64,000 nucleotides of DNA, from NCBI GenBank assembly GCA_963752475.1, contig CAVVYR010000006.1, positions 640,001 to 704,000 on the forward strand. The letters run 5' to 3'. This stretch comes from an uncultured Chloroflexia bacterium. Its GTDB lineage: Bacteria > Chloroflexota > Limnocylindria > Limnocylindrales > CSP1-4. This document shows positions 32,039 through 41,968 of this stretch, piece by piece. Both the position numbers and the translations under genes were made by a program. Within the stretch, counting starts at the first letter, position 1. Each line of letters opens with the position of its first letter. Below the pieces are notes generated by a model, which saw nothing but the letters and a program-made list of their open reading frames with translations, ran no database searches and was not told where the DNA came from.

Positions 32039-32944
32039 CTACAGGCCGGAGTAGGAGTGCAAGCCGCTGAAGAAGAGATTGCCGAAGTAGGTGAAGAGGA
32101 CCGCGCCGAAACCGATGACCAGGACGAGCGCGGCTGGGCGCCCACGCCAGTTCGGCTGGCTGCGAGCGTGTAGGTAGACGGCATAGATGAGCCACGTCAC
32201 CAGCGCCGATGTCTCCTTGGGGTCCCAGCCCCAGTAGCGCCCCCAGGCGATCGAGGCCCAGTACGAGCCCAGGATGATCATCGTGGCGAAGATGGGGAAG
32301 CCGATGACCACCGAGCGATAGGCCACCTCGTCGAGCACCTTGTGACTCGGGAGCCAGTGGAAGCGGTCCTGCTCACCCTGGGCGAGGTAGCCGACCGCGG
32401 CCCCGAAGGAGACGGCCAACACGCCGTAGGCGATCATGGCCATGGCCACGTGCACCGTCAGCAGCGGCGGGTTTTCCAGTGCCGGCACCAGCGGCTCGAT
32501 GGCCGCCGGGAGCGTGGCGGCATAGCCCGCGAGGAAGAGGGCCACGCCCAGCGGCAGGAACGCGATGGTGCGGATGGGGTAGCGGCGCTGCAGGAAGAGG
32601 TAGCCGCCGAGGATGCCCACCGCGAAGGCGATGGAGAACTCGTACATGTTGCCCCACGGCCCGCGCTCGACGATGATCGCGCGCGCCACCAGCGAGCCGG
32701 CCATGAGCAGGAAGCTGGCCCACGTCAGGCCGTGGGCGAGGGCGGCGACGGTCTCGGCACCGGGCGGGGTGCTGGCCTCGTCGACCATGGGTGCGGCCCC
32801 ATCAGGACCGGCCGTCGCCAGCTGCGGGGATATCACCGTGCGACGTCCCACCGCCAGCAGGGCGGTGTAGGCCACGCTCAGCACGAAGGCGAAGAGCAGC
32901 AGCAGCGCGCCGGTGACGAAGAGGTAGTTCGAGAGCGTGGCCAC
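32039..32944 (-). CDS. ccsA: System II cytochrome c biogenesis protein (CcsA/ResC)
   Basis: PWGNMYE, LVPAL...L.VH, WGRYWGWDPKET (WWD), GLHSY. Confidence 0.93.
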   Translation of the reverse strand: MATLSNYLFVTGALLLLFAFVLSVAYTALLAVGRRTVISPQLATAGPDGAAPMVDEASTPPGAETVAALAHGLTWASFLLMAGSLVARAIIVERGPWGNMYEFSIAFAVGILGGYLFLQRRYPIRTIAFLPLGVALFLAGYAATLPAAIEPLVPALENPPLLTVHVAMAMIAYGVLAVSFGAAVGYLAQGEQDRFHWLPSHKVLDEVAYRSVVIGFPIFATMIILGSYWASIAWGRYWGWDPKETSALVTWLIYAVYLHARSQPNWRGRPAALVLVIGFGAVLFTYFGNLFFSGLHSYSGL

Positions 32945-33420
32945 TAGGCGACCGCGGCGCCACCCTCAGGTGGACCGTCGGTAGCGACCACCACCGCTGT
33001 GGACGAAGCGGCACCGAGCTTGAACTTCGTGCCACAGCCGGTGCAGGTGTCGATCGCCGCCTCACGCACGGAGCCGTCGACCGGGCAGGTCACCTCGAGC
33101 GGGTTCCCGTCGATCGCGCAGCTCGTCTCTCGAGGCGGGTACACGAGGGCGTGTTCCTCGCAGTACGGCTCGTTGACGGGGAACACCGCCAGGCCGTCAG
33201 CGCCGATCGGCGCGGCGATCGCCTGCGCCCGGGTCCGGCGGATCCTGCCGCGGCGTCGGCTGATGAAATGCCAGCCCCACATCAGGACGATGATGGTCAG
33301 GATGGGCCCGACGACGCCGCCGATGACGACGTAGGGCAGGAGTGCGATGAGCTCTCCCCACGCCGGCACCATCACGGTCGTGAGCCAATCGAGGAACGAG
33401 GTCCACGGGTCGGACGTCAT
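32944..33420 (-). CDS. Membrane-anchored Cys-rich (zinc-ribbon) hypothetical protein
   Basis: One TM then CEEH, C..D, CPVD, CTGC; stop overlaps ccsA start (TAGTG). Confidence 0.75.
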   Translation of the reverse strand: MTSDPWTSFLDWLTTVMVPAWGELIALLPYVVIGGVVGPILTIIVLMWGWHFISRRRGRIRRTRAQAIAAPIGADGLAVFPVNEPYCEEHALVYPPRETSCAIDGNPLEVTCPVDGSVREAAIDTCTGCGTKFKLGAASSTAVVVATDGPPEGGAAVA

Positions 33421-33429
33421 GCCGAGATA

Positions 33430-34008
33430 TTAGCGCTGACGTGAACCTTTGGGGCTGCGTTTCGCATTGCCCTTCTTCTTGGTGGCTCCGCGTCCGGGTT
33501 CCCATGACGGACGAGCGTCCTCATCGGGCCGGTACGGGTCGTAGTGTCGCTGGGTGTTGGGCTTGCCCTGGCCGATGCCCACCGGAGCGGCGCCCTTCGT
33601 GGCTCCCTTCGGCCCTCCCGAGACCTGCCGCATCAGCCAGTCGACAGAGCGCGTCTGCCCGCCGGCCCGGTTGGTGCGAGCCTGCAGCGCGCGGTCACGG
33701 GTGACCACGGCTGTGCGGCTGCGACCGGCGAAGGGCTGGGCCCCGAGCAGGTCGATGAGCAGATCGTCCGCGCTACGGCGACCCGCGTGATGGAACTCGA
33801 TGCCACGGGTGGCCTTCTGACGGCCGGCCTGGCCTGGTGCGGCGTGGCCGTCGAGAGCGATGATGATGCGCAGGTGCGTCGGTCGCCAACCGGAGAGCCG
33901 CGGCAGCAGCCAGGCCACGCCGCCCTCGTCGCGCGAACCGCGCACGTCGTGGAGCAGGTTGTCGCCGTCGATGAGCAGCAGGTCGATGTCATCGAGGCTG
34001 ACTACCAT
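33430..34008 (-). CDS. NYN/YacP-like PIN-fold nuclease
   Basis: LIDGDNL, ALDG, SADD, VVTRDRAL; basic tail. Confidence 0.8.
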   Translation of the reverse strand: MVVSLDDIDLLLIDGDNLLHDVRGSRDEGGVAWLLPRLSGWRPTHLRIIIALDGHAAPGQAGRQKATRGIEFHHAGRRSADDLLIDLLGAQPFAGRSRTAVVTRDRALQARTNRAGGQTRSVDWLMRQVSGGPKGATKGAAPVGIGQGKPNTQRHYDPYRPDEDARPSWEPGRGATKKKGNAKRSPKGSRQR

Positions 34009-34014
34009 GGGGTC

Positions 34015-34824
34015 ATGCTCCTTCTCGTCGATCTTGACGGTGTCGTCTACCGGGGCACGGAGAAGATCCCCGGCATGCCCGAGCTGCTGACACAGCGCGC
34101 GGCGGACGGCGACATCATCGTCTATGTCACCAACAACTCGCGTTGGCATCGTACCGAGTATCAGGCGCGCCTCGAGGGTATGGGGGCGCCAGCCCCGCTC
34201 GAGCGCATCCTGACGTCAGCCCGCGGGACCGCGCTGGCCCTTGCGGCCAGGTCGCAGCCGCCGAGACTGACGATGGTCTTCGGGGGCGACGGATTGCGCC
34301 GTGAACTCGAGGACGTCGGCCTGGCCACGGTCGAGTGCTCGTACGAGGGCATGGAGCAGCAGCCCGACGCCATCGTCACCGGCGTCGACTTCGACCTCTC
34401 CTTCGAACGGCTCTCGGCAGCCTCGGCGGTCGTTCGTGCCGGCGCCTTCTTCGCGGCCACCAACCGCGACCCCATCTTCCCCATGGCCGACGGCCTCAAG
34501 GCCGGGGCCGGCGCCATGATCGCGGCCATCGTCACCGCCGCCGGGCGGGAGCCGGACATGGTCATCGGCAAGCCTGAGCCGGGGCTGATGCGTGAGGCGG
34601 CTGCCGTGACCGGTGTGCCCGTCGAGGAGGCGGTCGTCATCGGCGACGGTCTCATCACCGACATCGCGGCCGCCCATGCGGTCGGCGCCCGCAGCGTGCT
34701 CGTGCTGACCGGCGTGAGCACCGCAGAGCAGGCCGCCGCGTTGCCGATGGCGCAGCGACCGACGCTCATCGTGGACGGCCCGGGCGACCTGGGCGCAGCA
34801 CTCGACCGACTGGCGGCGGCCTAG
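34015..34824 (+). CDS. HAD-IIA hydrolase (NagD-like)
   Basis: DLDGVVY, TNNS, ATNRD, IGKPEP, IGD...TDI, VLTG. Confidence 0.92.
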   Translation: MLLLVDLDGVVYRGTEKIPGMPELLTQRAADGDIIVYVTNNSRWHRTEYQARLEGMGAPAPLERILTSARGTALALAARSQPPRLTMVFGGDGLRRELEDVGLATVECSYEGMEQQPDAIVTGVDFDLSFERLSAASAVVRAGAFFAATNRDPIFPMADGLKAGAGAMIAAIVTAAGREPDMVIGKPEPGLMREAAAVTGVPVEEAVVIGDGLITDIAAAHAVGARSVLVLTGVSTAEQAAALPMAQRPTLIVDGPGDLGAALDRLAAA

Positions 34825-35891
34825 CCTCCGTCGCCGGTCGGAGGGGGGTGCTCGGCGAGCCAGGCCTCGAAGCCCTGTTGGAGCTCTGCCCGCAGCTCTT
34901 CGTCGCGCTGCAGGAAGGCCGCCGCGTACGCGCGGCGCATCGCTCGCGCGACCTCCGCCGGCGTCAGTCCCAGCGACTCGACCGCGCCCACCAGCTCACG
35001 CACGAGCGTGAGGTCGGAGACGGTGCGGTCATCGGTGCTGATGGTGACCGGTACGCCGGCACGCAGGAGTCGGGGCAGGGGGGCAGCGTGGTCGGCCGTG
35101 CCGATCCCCGCCTGCAGGTTGGAGGTGGGGCAGATGTCCAGCGTCACGTCGCGCTCGGTCAGCTCAGCCATGAGCTCGGGGTCGTCAGCGGCCGGTGCGC
35201 CGTGTGCGATGCGCCACGGATCGAGCTCGAGGGCTCGCCAGACCTGCGCCGCGCCACCCCACTCGCCGGCATGACAGGTGATACCGAGCCCGCCGGCTCT
35301 GGCCACCTCCACCGCGTCACCGAAGATGCTCGGGTCGGGCGCCTCCACCTCGACACCGGCGATGTCGAACCCGCTGAGCCCCTGACCCCTGAACTCGAGC
35401 GAGGTACGAGCCACATCGCGAGCGACCACCGGCGAGTGCGTGCGCAAGGCCACGGCGATGAAGCGGACGTGGGTCCCGGCTGTCTCGGCCGCACGGTTCC
35501 CGCCACGGACCACGGCCTCGATCCCATCGTGCAGCGAGAGGCCTCGGTCGAGATGTAGCGATGGTGCCCAGCGGACCTCGGCGTAGACGGTTCCGTCGCT
35601 GGCCACATCCTGGACCAACTCGGCCGAGACGCGCTCCAGGGCAGGGGCATCCTGCAGCAGCGCGATGGGCAGGTCGAAGGCCTGCAGCAGTTCGGCCTGG
35701 TCGGCACAGCGGCGAGGTGCCACCAGGCGGGCTCGCATCGCCGCCTCGTCGGGCGGGGTGTACGGGAGGTCGCGCTCCCGCGCCAGCTCCAGGGCCGTCG
35801 ACGGGCGCACCGAGCCGTCGAGATGCAGGTGCAGCTCGGCCTTGGGCATCGCCTGTAGCCAGTCGCGGAGTCCCAGAGCGGTGGTCGGCAT
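34821..35891 (-). CDS. add: Adenosine deaminase
   Basis: PKAELHLHLDGS, HAGE, RIAHG, CPTSN, STDD. Confidence 0.92.
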   Translation of the reverse strand: MPTTALGLRDWLQAMPKAELHLHLDGSVRPSTALELARERDLPYTPPDEAAMRARLVAPRRCADQAELLQAFDLPIALLQDAPALERVSAELVQDVASDGTVYAEVRWAPSLHLDRGLSLHDGIEAVVRGGNRAAETAGTHVRFIAVALRTHSPVVARDVARTSLEFRGQGLSGFDIAGVEVEAPDPSIFGDAVEVARAGGLGITCHAGEWGGAAQVWRALELDPWRIAHGAPAADDPELMAELTERDVTLDICPTSNLQAGIGTADHAAPLPRLLRAGVPVTISTDDRTVSDLTLVRELVGAVESLGLTPAEVARAMRRAYAAAFLQRDEELRAELQQGFEAWLAEHPPPTGDGG

Positions 35892-35915
35892 CGGCCCATG
35901 CTAGTCGCCCGTATA

Positions 35916-36911
35916 CGTGAGAATGGAAAACGCTAACTGCAACACAAGACAAAAAAGGCCTCGCCCGAGAAGGAAAAAGAGGAAAAGAAGAAAAGAGAGA
36001 AAGAAATATACGCCCAACAGCCCGAGGGCAGCGGGGTGCTCTGCCTCGACGAGTGCGGCCCCTTGAACCTGCAGCCACGCCTCGGAGCGGGCTGGCATAA
36101 GAGCAAGCACCCGGCCCGCCTCAGGGCCACCTACACGCGCACCGCGGGCGTGCGCCAGCTGCTAGCGGCCTACGATCGAGCGAGCGGCAAGCTCTACGGC
36201 CACAACCGGGCGACCAAGACCTGGCGCGAGGTGCGCGAGCTGCTGCGCTCGCTGCGGGCGAGCTGCGACGAGCACCTCATCGTGGTGCTCGACAACTTCA
36301 GCCCGCATCTCAAGAAGGAGCTCCGCGAGTGGGCCGACGCGCACGACATCGAACTCGTGTACCTGCCCACCTACGCGAGCTGGCTCAACCTCATCGAGTG
36401 CGAGTAACAGCGGAACACGCCGGATAGATGAGGAACAGCGCGCGGACAACGAGAAGGTGGCTCTCGCCAGTCCACGAGAGCTCGGTGAGCCCTCCACCGA
36501 CTGGAGTCTGACCAAGCTGCGCGACCACCTGCTCCGGACGCGAGTGGTGCCGACCATCAGCGGGAGCCAGCTCCGGCGCATCATGCGTGAGCATGGCATC
36601 CGCTACCAGCAACACAAGACCTGGAAGGCCTCGCCCGATAAGGACTACGAGGCCAAGAAGAACCGCGTGCTCGACCTCTACGCCCATCCGCCCGCGGGCA
36701 GCCGGGTGCTCTGCCTCGAGGAGAACGGCAACTAGAACGTGCAGAGACGCCTCGGAGCGGGCTGGCATGGGAGCAAGCACGCGGCGCGCCTGGGGGCCAC
36801 CTACACGCGCACCGCGGGCGTGCGCCAGCGCTCGCGGCCTACGATCCCGCGAGCGGCAAGCTCTACGGCCACATGCGGGCGACCAAGACCTGGCGCGAGG
36901 TGCGGAGCTGG
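35916..36911 (+). mobile_element. Scrambled/duplicated IS630-family transposase remnants
   Basis: WSLTKL (HTH), KTWKASPD..Y..KK.R...LY, VLCLDE.GP, VVLDNFSPH, LPTYASWLN.IE; about 325 bp duplicated (35916-36243 vs 36586-36911), with stops and frameshifts. Confidence 0.88.
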
Positions 36912-37009
36912 CGTCGTTCCTGAGGCGTAGACTCACAAGTCCCCTGCGACCAATGTGATGCGTCCTGCCTGCGCGGGACGACGAGACCGGAGAGAAGAAC
37001 GAAGAACCC

Positions 37010-38524
37010 ATGCGCCTGAACGTCGAACACCGCCTGCCCTGGGACGTCGAAGCGGACGTCCTCGCCGTCACGGTCCCGGCCGATGACGAGTTGCCGGCAT
37101 ACCTTGCCGAAGTCGATCGCCGTCTCGACGGCACCATCAGCCAGCTCCGCGAAGTGGGTGCGATGAAGGGCAAGCTCTGGGCTGCCCGGCTGCTGCCGGC
37201 GAGCGACATGGCCGCGCGCTTCGTGCTGGTCGTGGGCGTCGGCGACGGCAGCGCCGTCGACCGCCTCGGCGCGCGACGCCTGGGCGCGGTGCTGGTCAAG
37301 AACCTCGCCGGCCTCGACGTGAGCACGCTGGCGGTCCACCTGCCCGATGCGCTGGTGGTCAGCGGCCACGCGCCGCAGGCCGATGTGGTCGAGCTGCTGA
37401 TGCGCGGCATCATCGAGGGCGCCGCCGATCCCAAGGCCATCTACAGCGAGGTCGAGGACGGCGTGCCGGAGCTGGACGAGATCACCTTCGTCGTCGAGTC
37501 GGGCGAGACCGACGAGCTCGCTGCCCGCGCGGAGCGCGGCCGAACCATCGGCGAGGGTGGCAACCGCACCCGCCGCCTGGCTCACCGCGCCGCCAACGAC
37601 GTGAGTCCAGAGGTCCTCGCCGACGAGGCCAGCGATCTGGCCAAGGCGCATGGGCTGGAGCTGACGGTCTTCGGTCCGGAGGAGGCGGAGCAGCTGGGCA
37701 TGGGCATGTTCATGGCCGTCGGTCGCGGCTCGGACAACCCGCCGCGCTTCATCGCCTTGCGCAACGAGCCCGCGCAGCAGACCGATGCCAGCGGCCGCTT
37801 GCTGGCCATGGTCGGCAAGGGCGTCACCTTCGACACCGGCGGCATCAGCCTCAAGCCGTCTCCCAAGATGGACGAGATGAAGACAGACAAGACCGGGGCC
37901 TGCACGGTCATCAACGCCATCGCGACCGCGACCCAGCTGGCCCCGGAACTGCCCATGCTGGCGGTGGCGCCGGCCGTCGAGAACATGCCCGGCCCGCGCT
38001 CGACCCGGCCGGGTGACGTGGTCAAGGCCATGAACGGCAAGACCGTGCAGGTCGACAACACCGACGCCGAGGGTCGCCTCATCCTCGGCGACGCCCTGAC
38101 CTGGGCGGAGCGCCAGGGTGCCACCCACGTCGCCGAGGTATCCACACTCACCGGTGCCATGGCCCGTGCCCTCGGGCGCTACATGACCGGCGGCTTCGGT
38201 ACCACCGACGAGTGGTGGGCCCAGGTCCAGGCCGCTGCCGATCGTCAGGGCGAGCCGCTGTGGCGGATGCCGCTGGTCGAGGACCTGCGCAAGGACCTCG
38301 ACTCGCCGTTCGCGGACATGTCCAACATCGGTGGCCCGGAGGGTGGCGCCATCACCGCCGCTCTGTTCCTCCAGGAGTTCGTGGATGTGCCCTTCGTGCA
38401 CCTCGACATCGCGGGCAGTGCCTACCTGACCAAGGTCGATCCGTTCTCGACGAAGGGCTCGACCGGAGTCATGCACGCCACGCTCGTCGAGCTGGCGCTG
38501 GCCGGGAAGACCGCTGCGGCCTAG
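37010..38524 (+). CDS. pepA: Leucyl aminopeptidase (M17)
   Basis: VGKGVTFDTGGISLKP, MKTD, NTDAEGRL, TLTGA, HLDIAG. Confidence 0.94.
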   Translation: MRLNVEHRLPWDVEADVLAVTVPADDELPAYLAEVDRRLDGTISQLREVGAMKGKLWAARLLPASDMAARFVLVVGVGDGSAVDRLGARRLGAVLVKNLAGLDVSTLAVHLPDALVVSGHAPQADVVELLMRGIIEGAADPKAIYSEVEDGVPELDEITFVVESGETDELAARAERGRTIGEGGNRTRRLAHRAANDVSPEVLADEASDLAKAHGLELTVFGPEEAEQLGMGMFMAVGRGSDNPPRFIALRNEPAQQTDASGRLLAMVGKGVTFDTGGISLKPSPKMDEMKTDKTGACTVINAIATATQLAPELPMLAVAPAVENMPGPRSTRPGDVVKAMNGKTVQVDNTDAEGRLILGDALTWAERQGATHVAEVSTLTGAMARALGRYMTGGFGTTDEWWAQVQAAADRQGEPLWRMPLVEDLRKDLDSPFADMSNIGGPEGGAITAALFLQEFVDVPFVHLDIAGSAYLTKVDPFSTKGSTGVMHATLVELALAGKTAAA

Positions 38525-38539
38525 TCCCGGAGCCGACGA

Positions 38540-39193
38540 CTAGAGCTGGATCACCGCCGCCATCACGCCTGCCGCGATCAGCGCCGGACCGAAGGGCACG
38601 GCAGTCTTCATCGAGACGCGTCGGCTGAGCACGAGCGCCAGGACCACGACCGCGAAGCCGACGGTGCCGACGAGGAACCCGGCGAACAGCTGCGTGATGC
38701 CGAACATCAGCCCGAGGCTGACGGCCAGCTTGAGGTCACCCATGCCCAGAGCGCCGCGGAAGATGCGGTCGGTGATGGCCAGCAGCGCCGGGGCCAGGAT
38801 CGCCGCCAGGACGGCCGCGAGGTCGCCCGCGGCGATGAGCACCTGGGTCTTGCCTTCGAGCACGGGGTTGAGCCCGAGCACGAGCATGACCAGCGCATAG
38901 CCCATGAGTGGGAACGTGATGAGGTCGGGCAGCAACTTCTGGTCGAGGTCGGTCGCCAGCAGCACGATGAGCGCCGCGACGTAGACGCCCAGCACCACCA
39001 GATCGAGGGGGTCGGTCCAGCGCCAGGCGAGGAGCCCGAACGAGACGGCCCCACCGAGGACGACCACCGGCGTCCGCCAGTCGAGCCCGCGCACCGATCC
39101 GTCCTCATGCACCGGCCAGCGGGCCGACAGGCGGTCGGCGCCGAAGCCGAAGACGGCACCGACGAGCGCCGCGATGACGGCAGCGATGGTCAT
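38540..39193 (-). CDS. A24 prepilin peptidase family protein (no N-terminal Zn domain)
   Basis: DLDQKLLPD, GMGDLKL, PFGPAL. Confidence 0.88.
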   Translation of the reverse strand: MTIAAVIAALVGAVFGFGADRLSARWPVHEDGSVRGLDWRTPVVVLGGAVSFGLLAWRWTDPLDLVVLGVYVAALIVLLATDLDQKLLPDLITFPLMGYALVMLVLGLNPVLEGKTQVLIAAGDLAAVLAAILAPALLAITDRIFRGALGMGDLKLAVSLGLMFGITQLFAGFLVGTVGFAVVVLALVLSRRVSMKTAVPFGPALIAAGVMAAVIQL

Positions 39194-39465
39194 CGGATCG
39201 GCCTGCGGCAGGCGAGGGCGGGGCTCGGGCGTGTGCATGTCGGAAGGGTGCCTTCTGGTGGCGCGTCCACGCACCGGCTCGAACGTACTAGCCCGCCCTG
39301 AGCGTGCAACCTGCGTTTGCGGGCTCCCTCGAGCGGGAGTAGCATGGTGACAGCGACCGAGTGCCGTGTTTGGTCGCCCCCCGTGCCCGGGGCGCTGCGT
39401 ACGGCAGCAAGTGGGAGTTGTATTGGAACGTGCCTAGCGCTAGCGCGCGAGCACAAGGAGCCGCC

Positions 39466-40791
39466 GTGCCCTGGCTCCGCCTGTTCGTGCTGATGTTCGT
39501 CGTCGTGCTTGCGGTCCCGGCTGTGCCGGCACCGGCGGTCGAAGCCGCCAGCCTCAAGGACCAGATCTCCGATGCCAAGAAGCGACAGGCGGCGCTGACC
39601 AAGTCCATCAGCAAGTCCGAGAAGCTCGTGGCCGAGCTCCAGCAGGACCAGAAGAACACCAGGGCGGCCATCGTCCAGACGCAAGCGGACATCAAGAAGG
39701 TCACCGCTGACCTGGATGGCACGCGCGAGCGCATCAAGAAGGTCAAGGCGCGCATCCAGAACATCAAGGACAAGCACGCCCGGCTCGTCGAGGAGCAGCA
39801 GCAGACCGACTTCACGCTGGGTCTGCTCGAGCAAGAGCTGGCTAATGGTGAGGCCGATCTCAAGTCGCGCCGCGAGTCCATGGGCCTCCGCTTCGCCGAG
39901 GCCTACCGCACCAACGACACCAGCATCATCGAGCAGGTCTTCACGGCCGACTCGTTCTCCGACGTGCTGACCGACACCTCGGCCTACCTTTCGTACGGCG
40001 AGCAGGATGCCCAGTTGGCGGCACGGATCACGCAGGACCAGCAGGCGCTCGACGCACTCCGGCTGCTGACCACCTCCACTCGCCTGCGCACCGATCAGCT
40101 CCGCCGCGCCACGGAGGACACGTGGGACCAGGTCGTCGACCTGCGTAGGGAGCTGAAGAAGGCCGAGAACCAGCTTGAGAAGCTGAAGAAGCGCAAGGAG
40201 GCGGCCTGGAAGGCGCAGCAGGCCCGGCTGGCTTCGATCATCAAGAACAAGAAGCAGATGCGTGCGGCCGCCTCAGCCATGCGGTCGACCCGCAGCCGGC
40301 TCCAGAGCAAGATCAACTCGCTCATGGCCTCGGCCCAGTCGACGGCTTCCAAGAAGTACGGCGTCCGGGCCGGCAGTGGTAGCGGCCGCATGGTCTGGCC
40401 CGCCAGCGGCACCATCAGCCAGGGCTACGGTTGCACCAGCATCGGCTTCTACCCACCTGGCGGTGGCTGTGCCCACTTCCACGATGGCATCGACATCAAC
40501 GGCGTGAGCGGGTCGGCCATCAAGGCCGCCGACAGCGGCGTGGTGGTCTACGCGGGTCGCAACCCGTACGAGGGCAATGCCGGCGCGATCATCGTCATCA
40601 TCGCCCATGGTGGCGGGGTCTCGACGCTCTACGCTCACCTCAGCTCGGTGTCGGTGAGGGCCGGCCAGTCGGTCGGCCGGGGCAAGGTCATCGGCTATAT
40701 GGGCGCGACCGGCTACACCACCGGCACCCACCTCCACTTCGAGGTCTGGTCGGGCGACTGGAACCCCGTCAATCCGTACGCCTACCTCTAG
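39466..40791 (+). CDS. Secreted coiled-coil M23 peptidase
   Basis: AAGGAG RBS, signal peptide, long coiled coil, HDGID, YAHL, HLHFE. Confidence 0.9.
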   Translation: MPWLRLFVLMFVVVLAVPAVPAPAVEAASLKDQISDAKKRQAALTKSISKSEKLVAELQQDQKNTRAAIVQTQADIKKVTADLDGTRERIKKVKARIQNIKDKHARLVEEQQQTDFTLGLLEQELANGEADLKSRRESMGLRFAEAYRTNDTSIIEQVFTADSFSDVLTDTSAYLSYGEQDAQLAARITQDQQALDALRLLTTSTRLRTDQLRRATEDTWDQVVDLRRELKKAENQLEKLKKRKEAAWKAQQARLASIIKNKKQMRAAASAMRSTRSRLQSKINSLMASAQSTASKKYGVRAGSGSGRMVWPASGTISQGYGCTSIGFYPPGGGCAHFHDGIDINGVSGSAIKAADSGVVVYAGRNPYEGNAGAIIVIIAHGGGVSTLYAHLSSVSVRAGQSVGRGKVIGYMGATGYTTGTHLHFEVWSGDWNPVNPYAYL

Positions 40792-40815
40792 CGCGGCGCC
40801 GGCGTCTCCACCCGG

Positions 40816-41880
40816 CTAGCGGCCGGCGGCGAGCGGGTTCATGTTGGTCCCGTTCTTGCGAACTTCCCAATGCACGTGGGGTCCGGTCGTCCGGCCGGTC
40901 AGGCCGATGGTGCCGACGACCTGTCCACGCTTGACCTTCTGCCCAGCGCGCACCTTCGGCTTGGGCTGCAGGTGGGCGTAGACGGTCTCGTAACCGCCGG
41001 CGTGGCCGATGACCACGATGTAGGCCCGCGCCCCGTCGTCCCACGGACTCCAGCCGACGTAGGCCACGAAGCCATCGGCTGAGGCCTTGACCTTCGTGCC
41101 CTTGGGCCCAACCACGTCCAGGCCATCGTGGAAGTGTTTGCACGAGCCGCGCCTGGGGTTGGTGGGGTAGCCGGTGCAGCCGTAGCGCTGGCTCACCCTA
41201 CCCGCGACGGGCTTGATGAAGCCTCGCACCGAGGCCGTACCGAAGCGACCGGCGCGATCCTTGGAGATCTCGGTCATGGCGAAGATCGCCGCTGCCAGCT
41301 TGTCCTCTGAGCGTTCACGCTCGGACTTGCGAGCCGCGAGGCGCGCCGGCGTCGGCTTGGACAGGCGCGACTGCTTGAGCTTGCGCACCTTGGCCTCCTT
41401 CTTCTTGGCCTGGCGTACCTTCTTCTCGAGCTGCTTGACCTGCTTCTGTAGCTTCCGGACCTGCTTGCGTAGCTTGGGCTTGTCGACCTTCTGCGTTCCG
41501 GCCGGGTTGGGGCGGACACGGGTCTCGCGGGCCAACGCCAGCTTCAGCTTGCCCAGCCGCTCGCCCGCGAGGTCAGCCTTGCGGTCGGCGGTCTTGCGCC
41601 GCGCGATGGCTTTGGCCAGCTTCCGCTTGGCGGTCTTGAGCAGCTTGGCGTGGTTCCTGCGCTGCTTCTGCAGGCCCTCGATCTGCTTGTCGGCGCGCCG
41701 CATGGCCGACTCGGCCGCGACCTGGCGCCCGCGGTAGATGGCCACGGTGCTGGTGCCACCGGCTTCTACGGGCTCAGGTGCCACGAGGCCGGCGGACAGC
41801 ACCAGCGCCACCGCCAGCAGCGGTGTCAGCAGGCGCCAGGTCAGCTCGACCCGACCCGGGGATCGGCGTGCTCGGAACAT
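40816..41880 (-). CDS. Secreted basic coiled-coil M23 peptidase
   Basis: Signal peptide, Lys/Arg-rich coil, HDGLD, YAHL, GPHVHWE. Confidence 0.9.
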   Translation of the reverse strand: MFRARRSPGRVELTWRLLTPLLAVALVLSAGLVAPEPVEAGGTSTVAIYRGRQVAAESAMRRADKQIEGLQKQRRNHAKLLKTAKRKLAKAIARRKTADRKADLAGERLGKLKLALARETRVRPNPAGTQKVDKPKLRKQVRKLQKQVKQLEKKVRQAKKKEAKVRKLKQSRLSKPTPARLAARKSERERSEDKLAAAIFAMTEISKDRAGRFGTASVRGFIKPVAGRVSQRYGCTGYPTNPRRGSCKHFHDGLDVVGPKGTKVKASADGFVAYVGWSPWDDGARAYIVVIGHAGGYETVYAHLQPKPKVRAGQKVKRGQVVGTIGLTGRTTGPHVHWEVRKNGTNMNPLAAGR

Positions 41881-41968
41881 GCTGGTGATGCTCGCGAGCA
41901 GCGGGTATCGAGGGCATTACCTCGAGGAGGGACCCCCGGAGTACCTTCGGTCCGACGGCTGGTGTGGT

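Noticed and set aside
35916-36750. Bona fide diversity-generating retroelement
   Set aside because: No RT or accessory gene, target is a transposase, A-bias switches between copies; kept only as a flagged anomaly
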